Of a DNA stretch of 36,310 nucleotides, positions 34,173-36,310 are shown piece after piece; within the stretch, counting starts at the first letter, position 1; every line of letters starts with the position of its first letter. Below the pieces are notes generated by a model. It saw only the letters and a list, made by a program, of their open reading frames with translations, searched no databases and was not told where the DNA came from. The stretch lies in contig RBZT01000830.1 in NCBI GenBank assembly GCA_003693705.1, positions 1-36,310 of the forward strand, read 5' to 3'. This stretch comes from Polymyxa betae A26-41. Taxonomy: Eukaryota > Protista > Endomyxa: Phytomyxea. Made by a program: the position numbers and the translations under genes.

Positions 34173-34836
34173 TAGAGATGCACAAAAGTTAGAGTCGATT
34201 TGTCTCCATTCATGACGCTAAAATTTCCAGGAATCGAGTTGGAGTCTCTCCAAAGGAGCTGAAGTCAACTTCAGAGACTCCGAGTGATCTCTTGTTTTGA
34301 ATCGTTCCGGGCCAAACCCAAATTTTAAACCATGTCGATTGATCAGCAAATATCGAGCAATGATGTCCTGATTTGGCTGACATCACGCTCAAAGTTTTCG
34401 AGATTTAGCCAAATTAATGGCAGAAGATTATCTCATTTGAATGTCGACATCTGCTCCTAGTGAACAGGCCTTCTCGAAAGCTGGAGCTACCATCATCAAG
34501 GGCAGTGCCAGCCTCAGCGATGACTATATCAGTGTGATTCTTTAATTGCAATCATCCACCAAGCTAGTAAGGCTCTCCAAGCTAGTAAGGCTCTCCAAAC
34601 TAACACTTCAATGCTCTCAAACTAAAGATAAACTTTATCAAATAGATGCATCGAATTCGTTCTAAAACGTTAATATTTATAAGGAATTTGACTCAAATGT
34701 CGATTAGGAGTCTACGTAGTCGTCTTGGAATCTGATGAGATATTCGGAGTTGACTTTGTTTCAGCTGAGCCGAGTTGAAACCACTCAGGCCGTGCTGGAG
34801 TCGAGCCGAGTCGAAAACCCCGACTCAACACCTCTA
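34173..34836 (+). mobile_element. Internally deleted hAT transposon with a C-terminal dimerisation-domain remnant
   Basis: About 34370-34550 reads HAQSFRDLAKLMAEDYLI*MSTSAPSEQAFSKAGATII...SLSDD, matching the hAT dimerisation motif (LA..A..YL..P.TS..SER.FS.AG). Ends TAGAGATG / CACCTCTA are hAT-like, the flanking 8-mers aacgtgta/aatgtaaa match at 5/8, and gagtcga-type subterminal repeats are present. Confidence 0.7.
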
Positions 34837-34839
34837 AAT

Positions 34840-35025
34840 GTAAAATCGATCGGAATACATCCAGTCGTACTATCTGAGATGAGTGCGAAAATAGGAAATC
34901 GAACAATCTGTTTAGAATGTTGCGCAGCAGAAGAAATGATCGCGGACTTTCTTACAAAACATATGATTGTCAACCGACTGCTCAGAAGACACGAATTTGG
35001 GGGGATGTCTTGGAGCGCAACCTGA
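34840..35025 (+). mobile_element. Ty1/Copia RNase H C-terminal remnant
   Basis: KSIGIH...NRTICLECCAAEEMIADFLTKH matches the Copia pol end KHIDI...I.LEYC.TEEM.AD.LTK. Confidence 0.65.
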
Positions 35026-35051
35026 TCTTCCTCCTTTGCAGTAACGTTGTA

Positions 35052-35193
35052 TAGAAATGGCAGTCACAGAGTCCTAAATTCAAAATATCTATTTATCACT
35101 TGATGTCAGTCTAGATAGGTACCAGTCTCAGAGTGTTTTATCCAAAATATCTTTTTATCACTAAATGTCAGTCCCGATGTCAGTCACAGTCTC
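35052..35193. repeat. ~62-bp tandem subterminal-type repeats after a hAT-like terminus (TAGAAATGG)
   Basis: cagtc.cagagt...caaaatatct.tttatcact..atgtcagtc starts at 35061 and 35123. Confidence 0.65.
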
Positions 35194-36310
35194 TTATACC
35201 AATATATCGTCAAAATCGCCGTTCATTCTGTAAATTGGGTCCTGGCCCCAAATCAGCCCGAAGCGGTTCCTAGTCGGCAGAGGGCGCCGACACGAACGAA
35301 GTCGCGAGACTTCATCCGTATCCGCACGACAAGGCAAACTTGAGGCTGGAACATCCTTCCAGCATGCCTCGTATAGCTGGTCAGTAGTGTGTGGAGCTGC
35401 ATGCATTACACTGAGGTAAGATTCACAGAAGAAAAAAAAAATCTTTTTTCGATAGTTTAACTGTTTGTGATCAGGTCGATAGTTCGTCAGGTTCATAACA
35501 AGCACATGCCGAAGATACGTCACAAATATACAAGTTCATATATTTGGACATTATATAGATCATTAGCAATTTCAACAGAGTTACTGTCCTGGACATTCAT
35601 GTTTCAATAAACTGATTATGTTACATAATGTTATGTCTGTCTCAATTGTTACCAACAAGGTACTCTTCTGGCGTTCAGCAGCAAATTCATCTGAAATCTC
35701 TTGAAATCCACTGCAAGACGTGAATTTGTAGCGAAAGACTAAAAAAAGATTGGAAAGTGCGCGACTGTAGTCTACGCGTTTATACTTGCTGTTGTCTACG
35801 CACTTTTTATTTGTTATTCGCAAAGATTATGACCAGGGCGCTCGCTATGTACTACCTCCACCAGCGTCTAGCTAAATCCTCCTAATAGTCGAGCGCAAAT
35901 AATGCTTTCTGCGTTAGGAAATTGCGCGCAACCCTAAGCAACAACTACTGTGAATCTGTTTGATAATATCAAAACTTCAGACTTCTATGTATATCTCGGA
36001 GTTTCGTGTATGCCCATTTTGCACCGAGATTTGTTTAACGGATAATTCCCCATTCGGCATGATAACGGCCGTGAAACGTTAGACACAGGCTACTCAGGCT
36101 TATTCATCTTACCCGTCGATTTACTACAACTTGGTCTAGGATTCTCGTTAAAAAAGAATCACGATGCGACCATTTGGCCCAGTAGACCAACGCAAAAAAA
36201 AAGGTGCGCAGTAGTAATATTTGCGCAAAATAATGCGTAAATCCCCCCTTACTGAGCAAAATGCCCCAAAAATCCCTCAAAATAATCCGTTCATTCTATA
36301 AAAAAATCAT

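Overview
This is eukaryotic genomic DNA with many short spliceosomal introns (mostly 43-60 nt) and one 59-N assembly gap. The intron size, moderate GC and secreted CBM18-CE4 chitin deacetylase suggest a plasmodiophorid-type protist, but this is inference and a chytrid-like fungus is not excluded. The window has three zones. (1) 1-8 kb is an island of signal-peptide (effector-like) genes around a TA-flanked pogo/Tc1-type non-autonomous transposon. It includes a tandem-module secreted gene whose duplicated introns are almost identical while the exons are highly diverged. (2) 9-27.7 kb is a dense core-gene block: PH-domain protein, CBM18-chitin deacetylase, DH-PH-FYVE-SH3-SH3 RhoGEF, ISA1, Coa1/Tim21-like protein, tRNA-Gln(UUG), multi-LIM protein, CPSF30/YTH1 and a coiled-coil protein. 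(3) 28.4-36.3 kb is a transposon graveyard with Harbinger, solo-LTR-like, hAT, Copia and integrase remnants plus a virus/Polinton-like zinc-finger fragment. The most notable observations are: two genes that appear to share a BEACH-protein-like helical module but fuse it to PH or LIM domains with no BEACH/WD40; an apparent GA-AG intron in the RhoGEF PH domain; the intron-conserved/exon-diverged effector repeat; and a pseudoknot-capable structured element with a telomere-like repeat in its loop. All gene models and domain calls were made by eye without database searches.
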